A stretch of 64,000 nucleotides of DNA from Octopus vulgaris (Eukaryota): assembly GCA_951406725.2 (NCBI GenBank), contig OX597826.1, positions 8,742,001 through 8,806,000 on the forward strand. The letters run 5' to 3'. Position 1 is the first letter of the stretch. Every line of letters starts with the position of its first letter. The position numbers and the translations under genes are program-made. The notes under the pieces are model-generated. The model did no database searches. It saw only the letters and a program-made list of their open reading frames with translations, and was not told where the DNA came from. Of this stretch, positions 1 to 13,171 are shown piece by piece.

Positions 1-46
1 TTGGTTAAACACTGTGATAAGCATGGCGGAAGTGATAGTGAAGATT

Positions 47-635
47 GTGGTTAGACTGGTGGTGGTGGTGGTGGTGGTGGTGGTGGTGGTGGTTAGTGGT
101 GGTGGTGGTGGTGGTGGTGGTGGTGGTGGTGGTGGATGGTGGGTGGTGGTGGATGGTGGTGGTGGTGGTGGTGGTGGTGGTGGTGGTGGTGGTGGTGGTG
201 GTGGTGGTGGTGGTGGTGGTGGTGGTGGTGGTGGTGGTGGTGGTGGTGGTGGTGGTGGTGGTGGTGGTGGTGGTTGAAAGTGATGGTGGTGGTGGTGGTC
301 GTCGTCGTCGTCGTCGTTGTGGCGTTGATGTTGATGGCGATGGTCGTGGTCCTAATGATGGCGTGATGGTGGTGCTGAGGATGTGGTGGTAGTAATGGTG
401 ATGATGATTAAGAAGATGATGATAGTGGTGGCAATGATGATGATGATGATGATGATGATTATGATTATGATAAGGAGGAGGAGGGAGAAAATGGTGATGA
501 TCTTGATCACGAGCATGATAATGGTCATGATGATGACGACGATGGGATGAAGGATTATGGTGATTGTAAAAATAATGATGATGCTGCTCCTCATAATATA
601 GACGGCAACAGGACCTTAAAGAACAGTGACAAAGA

Positions 636-708
<73 letters not shown>

Positions 709-1105
709 TATAGTAGTAGTAGTAGTAGTTACAGTAGTAGTAGTAGGAGGAGGAGGAGGAGGAGGAGGAGGAGCAGTAGCAGTAGTAGTTGTAGCAGCAG
801 TAGTAGTAGTAGCAGCAGCAGCAGCACCAGTAGTTGTAGTAGTAGTAGTAGTTGCAGCAGCAGCAGCAGCAATAGCGGCAGTGGCAACAGTAATGACAAC
901 AATAATCGCAGGTACCACAGCAGCAGCAGCAGCAGCACTGTGGTGGTGGTGGTGGTGGTGGTGGTGATGGTAGTGGTGGTAGTGGTGGCGGCGGTGACGG
1001 CGGTGCAGTGGAGATGCTGCTGGTGGTGGTGGTGCTGGTGCTGGCGCTGGTGGTGATGATGATGTTGACGATGAAGACTATGATGACGATGGTGATGACG
1101 ATGCA
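47..1105. repeat. Compound trinucleotide microsatellite field (GGT, GAT, AGT, GGA, GCA)
   Basis: Direct reading; explains the poly-G/V/W/S/T ORFs. Confidence 0.95.
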
Positions 1106-1557
1106 AGTAAAAGTGACAAAAACGAGAATGGTAACATCAACAGGAAACTTTATCGAAATCATTTTTTGTCTCCAAAGTGATTAACAACAATAAACAACAA
1201 AAGCGCAAAATACACTCAAAAATCTGACTATGAAAGCTCAAAATTGTAGATTATAAAAAGAAACATCGTCTCAAAAATAAACACATTTTATATTAATTTT
1301 TTTTCCCCCATTATTTCGAAAAATTTACAAAATATATAGATTTATGTTGTGGAAACATTTTTATAAACAAACATTGAAACGCCGGGTGAGTTGATGTTTT
1401 AGAAATGAAGGAAATTTCGAACGCAGGAGAATAGCCGTGGAAACAGCTTAGGGGATCGAATATAAGGATACCCTTCGACGAGACGGGTAAGAAGTGGCCA
1501 GCAAATTCGAGTAATCAATGGTCCTTTTTTGGATTCTCTTAGCTGTTTTGACAGCTA

Positions 1558-1702
1558 AGCGGAGGAGTTGCTGTGTGGTAAGTAGCTTGCTTACCAACCA
1601 CATGGTTCCGGGTTCAGTCCCACTGCATGGCACCTTGACTAAGTGTCTTCTACTATAGCCTTGTGAGTGGATTTCGTAGACGGAAACTGAAAGAAGCCTG
1701 TC

Positions 1703-1766
<64 letters not shown>

Positions 1767-1978
1767 GTTTGTGTGTCTGGGTTTGTCCACCATCACCCCT
1801 CAACATCGCTTGAAAACCGATGCTGGTGTGTTTACGTCCCCGTAACTTAGCAGTTCGGCAAAAGAGACCGATAGAATAACTACTAGGCTTACAAAGAATA
1901 AGTCCTGGAGTCGATTTGCTCGACTAAAGGTGGAGCTCCAGCCTGGCCGCAGTCAAATGACTGAAACAAGTAAAAGAG
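1558..1978 (+). mobile_element. SINE family 1 (tRNA-derived, CORE-like), near full length
   Basis: A/B-box-like head (tgtggtaagtagcttgc...gggttcagtccc), CORE-like accttgactaagtgtc, central (TA)n, tail ggccgcagtcaaatgactgaaacaagtaaaagag; about 15 related copies in the window. Confidence 0.9.
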
Positions 1979-2277
1979 CTATTCTCCTGATTTCAGGATT
2001 TCCCTCGTTATATGTTTTTTATTTTTTACTTGCTTCAGTTAAACTGCGCCCAGGCTGGGGTACTGCCTTGAAGAACTTTCTTTTCTTTTTTAATTTCTTT
2101 TTTAATTTCGGCCAAGGCCGATCTGGGGTAATCAACAACATCAACAAATTGGAGATGAAAAAGGAAGAAACCATTGAGGTACAAAGTTATTGCTGCTACT
2201 ATTACTACTACTACTAATAGTAAGAAGAAGAAAAAGAAGAAGAAGAAGAAGAAGAAGAAGAAGAAGAAGAAGAAGAA

Positions 2278-2402
2278 TGGCTCTCGTGGGTTCTGATCTT
2301 AACTGATTGGAAATGTTATCATGCACATTGTTTTGTCTTGGTATAAAAAATGGGCTACAGCAAATATTCTGCTCAATACCACAGATTTGCTTGGCAGTTG
2401 AC
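2278..2402 (+). mobile_element. Fragment of the (AAT)n-tailed repeat seen at 18387-18930
   Basis: Reverse-complement match to about 18780-18905. Confidence 0.8.
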
Positions 2403-2522
2403 GATGACGACGACGACGATGACGAGGGCGATGGCGATGGTGATGGTGGTGATGATGATGATGTTTATGATGATGATGATTGATGTTGATGATGATGAAG
2501 ATGATGATGATGATGATGGTGT

Positions 2523-2568
<46 letters not shown>

Positions 2569-2630
2569 GACGATGGTAATGATGGTGGTGATGATGGTGT
2601 TGATGATGATGATGATGATGATGGTGGTGT

Positions 2631-2675
<45 letters not shown>

Positions 2676-2738
2676 CGATGGTGATGATGATGGCGATAAT
2701 GATGATGGTGAAAATGATGGTGATGATGATGATGGTGG

Positions 2739-2809
<71 letters not shown>

Positions 2810-2900
2810 GTGGTGGTGATGATGACGATGACGACGACGACGATGATGATGATAAGGGTGAGGGAGATGGTGATGGCGGTGATGATGATGATGATGATGG
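2402..2900. repeat. (GAT)n-dominated microsatellite
   Basis: Direct reading. Confidence 0.95.
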
Positions 2901-4082
2901 TTACCCTTTCTACCATAGGCTCAGGGACTGAAAAGGAAGTGAATAATTCGATTACATTGGACCCAAGTACATAACTGGTACTTGATTTGAATGAAAGGCA
3001 AACGGGAATCGTAAAGACGGATGAAATGCTGCCAAGCATTAATGAGAGTATCACAAAAAATAATAATAATACAAATGACATCAAGAATAAAAATTGTAAT
3101 AACATGGATGCCAAGAACAATGAAATCCAGAATATTAACAACAGCATCCCCCCTTCTCTATCTCCTTTTGTTCCAATTACCGCACGACCACAACCAACCC
3201 CAGCACCGCTAGTACTAGCACCTATACCACCCACTTACAATAATTATATAAACAGTATTAATATCAACAACGTCAGCAACAATAAAACGAACCAACAACA
3301 ACTAGTAACAATGATAATATAAAACTACCGATGCCAAGAACAATGGCTACGATAACAAACACTAAAACAATATCAACGACAATAGTAACAAAACCAACAA
3401 TAACAACAGCAACAACAAAAACTTCAGAGAGATTACATTTATTTTGTTTGATATTTTAACAGAAAACTTCGAAAATAATTTTCAAAAGCGCATAAAGTAA
3501 AACAAACAAACAACAATAGTGTGGAGAACGGCAAGGAAAATAACGGAAATAGCAATAACAAGAACAACAACTACTACAGAGCTATCTATATTTATAATTG
3601 CTTCACATCGCTCACAAACAAAAGAATATGATTTAATTAATATTGCTATAACTTAGTAATTGTTTTAATCGAGGAAATAATGCGTGGTGGTTAAGAAGGT
3701 ATCTTCTACCATCATCAAAACATGTCCGATTTATAATTGTAATTGGACAAACAGTTCTAATATAATACGGGGAAGATTAAAAAATATATATATACGAAAG
3801 AAAAAGCAGACGATAATTTAATAGTGATAAGTAGCGGCAAATATATTGTTTTCTATCGCCCTTCGATCGTAACGTTACAATAAAGCATCTCATTAAGAAC
3901 CAACAAACAAATACGGGATTGTTCGACATGCTATGGAAGTATGTATATATGTGACCGGGTATGTATATATATATGAATACATGTGTGTGTATGTGTGTGT
4001 GTGCGTGTACGAATGAGTGAAGAATCGAAAGAGAGCGGCACTTAACACATTTGTTAGAAACCGAATCAAACTGATATTAAAT

Positions 4083-4420
<338 letters not shown>

Positions 4421-4749
4421 CTATGTGTATGTGTGTGCGTACGCTCTGTATGCGTATATATAAGTACGTGGGTGCGCATGTGTGTAAGCTGAATGTATGT
4501 ACGCAATGTGTATCCACCTTCAACTCTGAGTCGATGATATAAACGAGAGGGAATCACAAAGCAGTTTTAAACATATGGAATTATATATTTAAAATATCAA
4601 TGCGGGGCAAATAACTCAGGAGAAAATATTTGCGAAGATATTATTGACTCTATTATTATCTAGTAGAAACTACTATAAATGATAATAACAGAATCAATAA
4701 TATAGGCGATTGCGGGCCCCAAAAAACATTAAATACCTGAAGGATTACA

Positions 4750-4850
4750 ATTAATCAAAGGACATACTAAGTATCTCTACCTGTTGGAAATAAGAGTTTT
4801 GACTGTTGTTTCCAGCAAGTAGACATACTTAGCATGTCCTTTAATTAATT
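4750..4850. repeat. Imperfect inverted repeat, arms about 48 bp
   Basis: aattaatcaaaggacatactaagtatctctacctgttggaaa pairs with tttccagcaagtagacatacttagcatgtcctttaattaatt. Confidence 0.8.
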
Positions 4851-4853
4851 TTG

Positions 4854-4930
<77 letters not shown>

Positions 4931-4934
<4 letters not shown>

Positions 4935-5124
4935 GAGTTTACGAAAAAAAAACACGAAGACAGGTGGTGTGCAAAACAAACAGATGTATTAGTATAACGC
5001 TCAGGAATAGAAAAAGTCTTTTACGTTTCGAGCCTACGCTCTTCTACAGGAAGGGACACGGAAAATACAAGGAGAGAAAGAAGAAGAGAAAAAAATGTGT
5101 GTAGTGGCTAACGATCTATCATGG
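4931..5124 (-). mobile_element. Short HHR-bearing element, family A (PLE pseudo-LTR or retrozyme-like)
   Basis: Homologous to 20980-21218, 34947-35009 and 43135-43325; sense 3' end abuts (TA)n. Confidence 0.75.
5018..5053 (-). ncRNA. Minimal type I hammerhead-like motif, variant core CUGUAGA
   Basis: Minus strand: cuuc CUGUAGA A gagc-guag-gcuc GAAA CG UA aaag; loopless palindromic stem III ACGU. Confidence 0.6.
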
Positions 5125-5172
5125 AAAAAGGTCAATGTAGAAAATGCTAAAATAATTTTATAAAAGACATTT

Positions 5173-5208
5173 CAGTACCGGTTTCGGTCATTGAGACTTT
5201 TTCAACTG
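5173..5208 (-). ncRNA. Minimal hammerhead-like motif with a U3-A8 core
   Basis: Minus strand: cag UUGAAAA a guc-ucaau-gac c GAAA CCGG UA cug; stem I cag/cug, palindromic stem III ACCGGU. Confidence 0.55.
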
Positions 5209-5403
5209 TAAGTATATAAAAGAAGGCTTATGGTTATTTATCTTCGAAGTCACTGTCAGTACTATTCTTTCTAAAGAATAATAAATTTGTACTCTACTAA
5301 ATGCATTCAGTAATCCTTCAATTTAATGCAAAACTCTTTTTACTACACTATAAAAACAAACACACACACACACACATATATATACGCACATATGCACATA
5401 ATA

Positions 5404-5459
<56 letters not shown>

Positions 5460-5520
5460 GTCTTGCCCTCATTCAAAATCAATGTCTACGTCAATATACG
5501 TATATATATATATGTATATG

Positions 5521-5661
<141 letters not shown>

Positions 5662-6321
5662 ATCTCACACAGATGCAGTCTTGCCCTCATTCAAAATCAA
5701 TGTCTACGTCAATAAGGGTTTTTGTTTTTGCTTGAAATTTTTGGGTGTTGTTTTTTTTAGCGGGGGGGGAGGCATTGTTTATATATGGGTTTGTAGGTAT
5801 AAAGAATATATGATATATTTCAATCATACAGTAACCAATATTGTGAGATAGCTGAACGTAAAAATAAAGACAAGAAAGAAAACAGATAAAAATGTGTATG
5901 TGTGTCTGCGTGTGTATATGTATGTGCTTGTATGAACTTTTATGTGTCTATAACTTTAAATGTAAGTATATATATATGTGTCTATGTATGCATGTATGTG
6001 TTCGTGACTGTATGCATTCAAACAAACACAACACAAGAAAGATGTACTCACACGAAAAATTGTGTATGAATATGCGTGCAACATACATACATACATATAT
6101 GTATATACACACACATTTACACATAGATGCTCACACACACACACACACGCGCACGCACAGAATATATAAATATAACATTCACCTTTTTTGCTAGCTTTTT
6201 CCTGTTTTCTGCTATTTTTTCTTCGTTTCGTTTTTTACATACACTGTCTCTATTTTCTTTTATCACGTATGTCTAGCAAATTTATGCATGTTGTTGTTAA
6301 TGTTGTTATTATTATTACGAC

Positions 6322-6362
<41 letters not shown>

Positions 6363-6537
6363 CTACTACTACTACTACTACCATTATTATTGTTGTTGTT
6401 GTTATTCATACTCTCTCTTTTTTTAATGTTTCTTAAGTATTTTTTGTTGTTTGTCTGGGCTTTTGAGGTAAGTCGACGAGAATGGGGTATTCTATATTGC
6501 TGTTTGTCTTATAGGTGTGTGTATGTGTGCATGTATG

Positions 6538-6583
<46 letters not shown>

Positions 6584-6637
6584 TATACACATGTTTGTAT
6601 ATATACATATACATATATATATATATGTATATATGCA

Positions 6638-6756
<119 letters not shown>

Positions 6757-7304
6757 TCCAAAGAGTTTAACTGCACTTGATTTATGTTCAGTTCCGTAGT
6801 TTAACTTCTTTGCAGCCAAAACTGTCTCCGAAACCTCCCTTGCTAGAAAATCTTTTTATTTCCTCTTTTTTGCAATTGTGAATTATTTACTAACCAAAGT
6901 ATCCTGATCGATGGAGACAGAGACAAATAGAGAGAAAGCAAAAGAGAGAGACAGACAGACAGAATAAAAGACAGACAGGCAGACAGAAGAACGGACGTAG
7001 GTAATCTCTGAGACGTTTGTTAACATTTCAGAAGCTTGAATATCGCCTAAATTCAATAATGTTATCAACAAGAATCTACCTGCAAAAAAGAATATATATG
7101 TAGTGACGATATGAACGATTGATGAATCCACATGTGCTATTCGATCTGCTGTAAAAGGCAGCTAAATTCCTTTGAGTGGCATCTGAAAAATCAAAGGTGG
7201 TGATGATCACGGCTGGAACGTTTTAGATCATAGATCACCTCTGCGCTAAACAACTGCATTAAAAACTGTATGTGCTACCTATGAGGGTAACGTGTTGACA
7301 TATT

Positions 7305-7357
<53 letters not shown>

Positions 7358-7399
7358 ATGCATACATATGTGTCTGTAGAGAAAGGGAGACATTATCAT

Positions 7400-8760
7400 T
7401 ATCGTTATTAGATTAAGCATCACGTGTACTCTTTTTTCTTTATTGAGTACAAGAATATGTGAGCAAATGTATTCTATTTGCCTATTCATTTCAAGTTTTG
7501 AAGTTTCATATCCCATAGTCGCATTATCATTTTCAAGGAGGCGTTCTGCTTTGTGGTTATGCCATTTCTCCTAATGCTAAAGTCCATGTTTGTTCAGATT
7601 TATGTATAAACCATTGTTGCACTTTTGTCTTGTTCCCAGTTTTTACATACCAACTGGTGAAGTAGTTTACATTTAAAGACCATAAGCGCAAATGTCTCTT
7701 CTCTTTCACCACATATCTTACATTGAATAGAGATGTCTTCCTTATCTAAATTCTCCTTGATCTAGTGCAGGTAGAATCAAGCTCTTTGCTCCTTTCTTTA
7801 ACACTTCCTTCTTAAGCCACTGAAAGAAATTCTGATCTGGATATCTTTCGTCACTTTGAAGAAACATTTCGTGTAGACTTTCTGCTCGTATCTTCCTTCA
7901 GCCAACATAACAGCTCTACTTAATTCTCTCAAATGTGTCTCCTTTACAGTAAGTAACACATTTCCTCTCTACTTCTACTTATATATGAGAAACCAATTTC
8001 ATTAAATTCAATCTTACCCTTTTCCATGAGATTGATTAGCTTAGCTCTTTCGAACATAGAGTTTCATAGAGCTACATCATATATTCTCAATGAACACTCG
8101 CAAGAAATTTTTTCTTGATTGTTATAAACATCTCCAAAAATACTTGTTCAGGAAAAGTGGATGAGAATAGCAAAACGCTCTTCGTGCATTTTCTAAATAC
8201 AGGAATAGCGTTAATTCTGTTGTAATTTCTTATCAAATTTTGAGTATTTTTGCAAATCCTGTGTACTCCTGCACTTTCTCTTGCAGAGCATCAGAGGTAC
8301 GCGTTTCCAGTTTATGAAACCCAATCGTTTTCTCTGAGTCTTTCGCTCTAATATAATAGCTAGGTGTGGAGGCGCATAGCGTAGTGGTTAGAGCAGCGGA
8401 CTCGCGGTCGAGGGATCGCGGGTTCGAATCTCAGACCGGGCGATGCGTGAGTTTATGAGCGAAAACACCTAAGGTCTACGCGGCTCCGGCAGAAGGTAAT
8501 GGCGAACTTCTGCTGACTCTTTCGCCACAACTTTCTCTCACTCTTTCCTCCTGCATCTTGCAGCTCACCTGCGACGGACCGGCGTCCCGTCCAGGTGGGG
8601 AACCTATATGCCAAGGAAACCGGGAAACCGGCCCTTATGAGCCAGGCATGGCTCGAGAAGGAACAAAAAAAAAAACAAATAGCTAGGTGGTTGTGGTATA
8701 TACGGTTTGTAAAACGTTAACTTGGCTTTCATCTTCATCAACTTTTGTAGATGTTACTTC
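7400..8760 (-). pseudogene. Decayed R4/Dong-clade LINE (RT C-terminus, zinc knuckle, restriction-like endonuclease)
   Basis: Frameshifted manual translation: INAIPVFR; FFQWLKKEVLKKGAKSLILPALDQG; QCKICGEREETFALMVFKC; EKWHNHKAERLLENDN...SHILVLNKEKR. Resembles the ESLIxAAQDQ, CRxCGxxxETxxH, KWYxHxPExVLEN and RPDIVVxxK motifs. Confidence 0.75.
8367..8677 (+). mobile_element. SINE family 3 (tRNA-derived, GC/CpG-rich, young) with 12-bp TSD
   Basis: Head ggcgcatagcgtagtggttagagc...gggttcgaatctc; A-rich tail; TSD AATAGCTAGGTG at 8355-8366 and 8678-8689. Confidence 0.9.
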
Positions 8761-8910
8761 AATTTGAAATGAATAGATCGGCTCAAAGCGAAGAATTAAT
8801 ACCATTAGTAATTTTCCTAAAATGTCAAAACTGGTTGACTTTGCATCTTTTATTACTTTTTTTCTTGGCCTATGGTGCTTTACAAATAAAGTTGTGTCAG
8901 ACAAAAACTA

Positions 8911-8991
8911 GTGTCATATTTGGAATCAGAGCATCAAAATTAGCCTAAAACACCTTCACCTTAAAAAAAGGAAAACTGTTGTAGACCAATG
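8911..8991. mobile_element. Possible DNA-transposon terminus (CMC/Chapaev-like)
   Basis: gtgtcatatttggaatcagagcatcaaaattagcctaaaacac...ttgtagaccaatg resembles such ends from memory; no partner end found. Confidence 0.35.
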
Positions 8992-9094
8992 TTTTTGTGT
9001 AGTGAAGGAAAAAAAACATTGCTTAAGTTAGTATCTTTGATGTAAATCAGACATTTTAGAGAAAAAAACGGGTTTGAGAAAAGAAGACACAAGC

Positions 9095-9787
9095 ATCACA
9101 ACCGTCATAACTGTATCCATGACTACCATCACTATCACAACAACAACAACAACAACAACAACCATTGCTATCACTATCGCTATCATCATCACTATCACCG
9201 TCAGTACAACTAACCCGCAAGCTCTTTTACCAACTGCCTCTACCAACATCAGCTTTACCGACACAACTACCACTGCAACCACTACCATCGCTACTAGCGC
9301 CATCACCACTATCTCCAGTATCATCACTAGCACCAAGATCAATATCGTCACTACAAACATCACCACCACCACCACCACTACCAATGTTACTCCCACCGCT
9401 GCCACTGTCACAACTACCACTACCTCTACAATCGCAGCTGCTACAACCACCCACCACCACAACCACAACCACCATCATCATCGTCATCGTCATTGTCATC
9501 GTTATCACTATCACCATCACCATCATCATCAGCATCATCATCATCATAATCATCGCCATCATCATCATGATTGTCACCATCGTCGACGTCCTTGCCGTCG
9601 TCATCATCATCATCATCATCACCATCATCATCGCCGGCCATCATCATCATGATTGTCACCATCGTCGACGTCCTTGCCGTCGTTATCATCATCATCATCA
9701 TCATCATCATCATCGTCATCATCATCCCCATCATCATCGACGTCATCATCTTCATCACCGACGTTGTCGTCATCTTCATTATCATCA
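9095..9787. repeat. Degenerate CAC/CAT/CAA trinucleotide field with an internal ~40-bp duplication
   Basis: Direct reading; gattgtcaccatcgtcgacgtccttgccgtcgt occurs twice. Confidence 0.9.
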
Positions 9788-9943
9788 GATACATGTGCGT
9801 GTGTATGTGTGTGCGTGTGTGTGCATTTATGTATGTATATGTATGTATGTATGTATGTATATATATATATTCTTTTGGAATACTGAATCCCGAAGCACAC
9901 AGATAAAGCTATAAACAGTAGCATGTAAATAGTCATTTCATAT

Positions 9944-10150
9944 TTTGGCACGAGGCCAGCAATTTCGTCAGAGTGGGTTAAATCAATTACATCCACCCAG
10001 TGGTGCACTCAATTGATACTAATTTTATCGACCCCAAAGGATGGAAGATATTACTGGACGTCAGTGAAATTTGAACTCAAAACAATGACGGACGAAATAC
10101 TGCTAAACATTTTGTCCGGCGTGTAAACGACTCTGCAAGCCTGCTGCCTT
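9944..10150 (-). mobile_element. SINE family 2 relative, degenerate, with a different tail
   Basis: Reverse complement of the head (ggcagcaggcttgcagagtcgtttacacgccgg) and central domain; distinct 3' part. Confidence 0.7.
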
Positions 10151-10924
10151 GTAGCATGCATGTATTGGATTGAAAAAAAACCTTTTCGATTGCGTGCAGC
10201 CCTCGACTTTTCTATCCCAAACAGTTTTTCAACCAATATTTGCATGCTTTATGTGCTTCGAGATTCACTATTCCCCAAAACAAAAATGAGATAGATATGT
10301 ATATACATGTGTATGTGTGTGTTTTTGTGTGCGCATGCGTGTGTGCTTTGAATACAGGAGGCAGATAAAGATGCCTTGCTGTGAAAATATCTCGTTGACA
10401 TAATAATTCAAGTTTATTATTTGACTCGGGAGAAAAATCTCTTATCGTAGCAGCTGTCTCTAGCATATGATGAAGAATTCATTAGGTCAAGTTTTACTGT
10501 TACGAAAAAAAGAAACAAACGAACAAAAAAAACACACCATTTATTGATTAATGTGCACCAGAATATTTGTAGACATGTTTCTGTTTTGTCTGGTATTTTT
10601 GTTGTTGTTTTCCGTCATTATTTATATATTTATATATTTATATATTTATTTATTTATTTATTTATATATTTATGTATTCATTTATTTAATATGGCTGGCA
10701 TTACACTGTGTACGCATGTGCATAGGGGCGAAGTTGAAAAATTCGGATTGTTCTGTGTTTTGTTGTTGTTGTTGTTGTTGTCATCATCGTCGTCGTCGTC
10801 GTCGTTACTTAATCCCATGCCTGCTGAGATTGACCAGATCTATGACCCAAAACGTCCCAACCATGACCACCTTGCCATACTGCGTATCGGGTTCCAATTA
10901 TCCAATGTCTATCACCAAATAGCG

Positions 10925-11035
10925 TGAAGGTACCTGGCCTGGTGGTTTAGGATGTTATGTTCGATTCCTAGACCAGGTGGCGCGTTGTGTTCTTGAGCAA
11001 GGCACCCCATCTCACGTTGCTCCAGTCCACTCAGG
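10925..11035 (+). mobile_element. Degenerate SINE head related to family 3
   Basis: Similar to 30938-31110 and the head at 8367. Confidence 0.55.
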
Positions 11036-11149
11036 GCCTTCCGACCAGAGGAGAATTTTCCCCTGCTCACATAGCCAGAGTTGTGGCATCATTTGAAAAT
11101 TAAAAGCGATGCAAAAGAGGCATCGTGGCTTTGATTCTTGATCGTGTTA

Positions 11150-11572
11150 AGTGGCTACATACCCTGCGCGGCTACGACACCCTGCGTGGCTACACACCCT
11201 GCGTGGCCACACACCCTGCGTGGCTACACACCTTGCATTGAGACACGGCCTGTGTGGCTACACAACTTGTGTGGCTATACACTCTGGGTGGCCACACACC
11301 CTGTATGGCTACACACCCTGCGTGGCTAAATACCCTGCGTTGATACCACGCCTTGCATGGCTACACACCCTGTGTGGCTACCTACCGCTGATACACACCC
11401 TGTGTGACTACACACTCTGCGTGGCTGCATACCCTGCGTTGATACACACCCAGCGTGGCTACACACCCTGCATTGATACACACCTTGTGTGGCTTAGCTA
11501 CACACCCTGCGTTGATACACACTCTGCGCTGATACATACCCTGCGTGGCTACACACCCTGCATGGCTACACA
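11150..11572. repeat. 17-bp minisatellite (gtggctacacaccctgc / gttgatacacaccctgc), about 25 units
   Basis: Direct reading. Confidence 0.95.
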
Positions 11573-11927
11573 CGCTGCTTCTCTCTGTGAAAACTCAGTG
11601 GAAGGGAATCGGCCTTGTTGCTAACCATTCGACGATAGGCAGGTAGTATTGGATTACATGATTACAGTTATTAGTAGCAGATTACCATCAGCCTGTGACG
11701 GAATTGGCCTTGAGCTAATAGTCCCAATACAAAGATGAGCAATGACCACAGAGATAGATGAGCAGACTGGTAACACGGTGTTTTGGAAAAAGTCGGGGTT
11801 TTGTCCGAAATAAGAGTTATCCCTTCTGCATGTGGTACATCAATATACCAACCAGGGAGCCTCTATGTCAGTGGTGCTTATCTGGGGGTCCATACAGCCC
11901 TAGAGGCTCTCTTCTTCTCTTTTTTTT

Positions 11928-12134
11928 TCTCTTTTTACTTGTTTCAGGCGTTTGACTGAGGTCATGCTGGAGTACCACCTTTGAAAGAATTTAGAACAAT
12001 TTTTTAAGCTTCGTATTTATTCTGTCGGTATCTTTTGCCGAACCGCTAAGTTACAGGTACGTAAATACACTGATATTGGTTGTTAAGCAGTGGTGGAGGA
12101 CAAACACAGACACTACGACACATACGCGCGCACG

Positions 12135-12174
<40 letters not shown>

Positions 12175-12372
12175 TATATATATATAGCGAGAGAGAGAGA
12201 GAGAGAGGACAAGCTTGATTCAGTTTCTGTCAACCAAATCCAGTCCCCAACGCTTTGGTCGGCTCGAGGCTATAGTAGACGACCTTTACCCAAGGTGCCA
12301 TGCAGTGAGGCTGAACCCGGAACCATATGGTTGGGAAGCAAGCTTCTTACCACACACTCACTTCTGCGCCAT
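11928..12372 (-). mobile_element. SINE family 1
   Basis: Reverse-complement match to 60344-60765. Confidence 0.85.
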
Positions 12373-12669
12373 GGCAGAAATCAGTTTGATTATAGATATG
12401 CTCGACCAGAGTGAATATGGAACAACAACAACAACAACAATAACAGCAGCAGCAGCAGCTTCAGTTATTGGTTTTGTTTTGTTTTTTTTAACCAAAAGAG
12501 GCGAAGTCATGGGTGTGCAGTTAAGAAGTTCACTTTGCAACCATAGGGATTCGAGTTCAGTCCCACAATGTTGTACCTTGGGCAAATATTTTCAGTTATA
12601 AACCCGACAACCAAAGCATGGTGAATGCATCTGATAGAGGGAAACTGGGGAAGTCTATCCTGAATATAA

Positions 12670-12921
12670 AATTTAGAGAGAGACCACTATTAAGCAATTC
12701 AATAAAGAAAGATGTTATTCATACCATATAGAAAAGATATACTATAAAAAAACCACCTTATTTTCAATCAATAAAGTACAATAAATAGTAAACAGATTAG
12801 TAGTATTTATTGTACTTTATTGATTCAAAATAAGGTGGTTTTTTTATAGTATATCTTTTCTATATGGTGTGAATAACATCTTTCTTTATTTAATTTTTTA
12901 ATAGTGGTTTTTCTCTAAATT
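12670..12921. repeat. Long AT-rich palindrome (arms about 118 bp, spacer about 16 bp)
   Basis: 12670-12787 is the near reverse complement of 12804-12921. Confidence 0.9.
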
Positions 12922-13048
12922 ATACACAGATATTACATATTGTGAAATTTGATTTAAAATTATTAAGTTGAATTTTTCCCTGTAAGTTATGGAATTATAT
13001 TCCCTACTACTATTATTATTATCATTATTAATATTATCATTATTATTA

Positions 13049-13092
13049 TTGAGTGAGAGAGCAGTTCATGCCATCAAAGTGACACTGGGGTA
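13049..13092 (-). mobile_element. 3' terminal fragment of the (AAT)n-tailed repeat, inside (TAT)n
   Basis: tgagtgagagagcagttcatgccatcaaagtgacac matches 18388-18424. Confidence 0.7.
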
Positions 13093-13100
13093 TATTATTA

Positions 13101-13171
<71 letters not shown>

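Noticed and set aside
5-3234. Long ORFs (385 aa, 311 aa, poly-D, poly-M)
   Set aside because: Products of trinucleotide repeats lacking stops; no domain or complexity
2919-3322. Possible exon after ttctaccatag (GSGTEKEVNNSITLDPST*) and the following N-rich ORF
   Set aside because: No recognisable homology and an early stop; cannot be supported from sequence alone
8368-8440. Possible tRNA gene
   Set aside because: No proper acceptor stem or terminator; it continues into a SINE body bounded by a TSD
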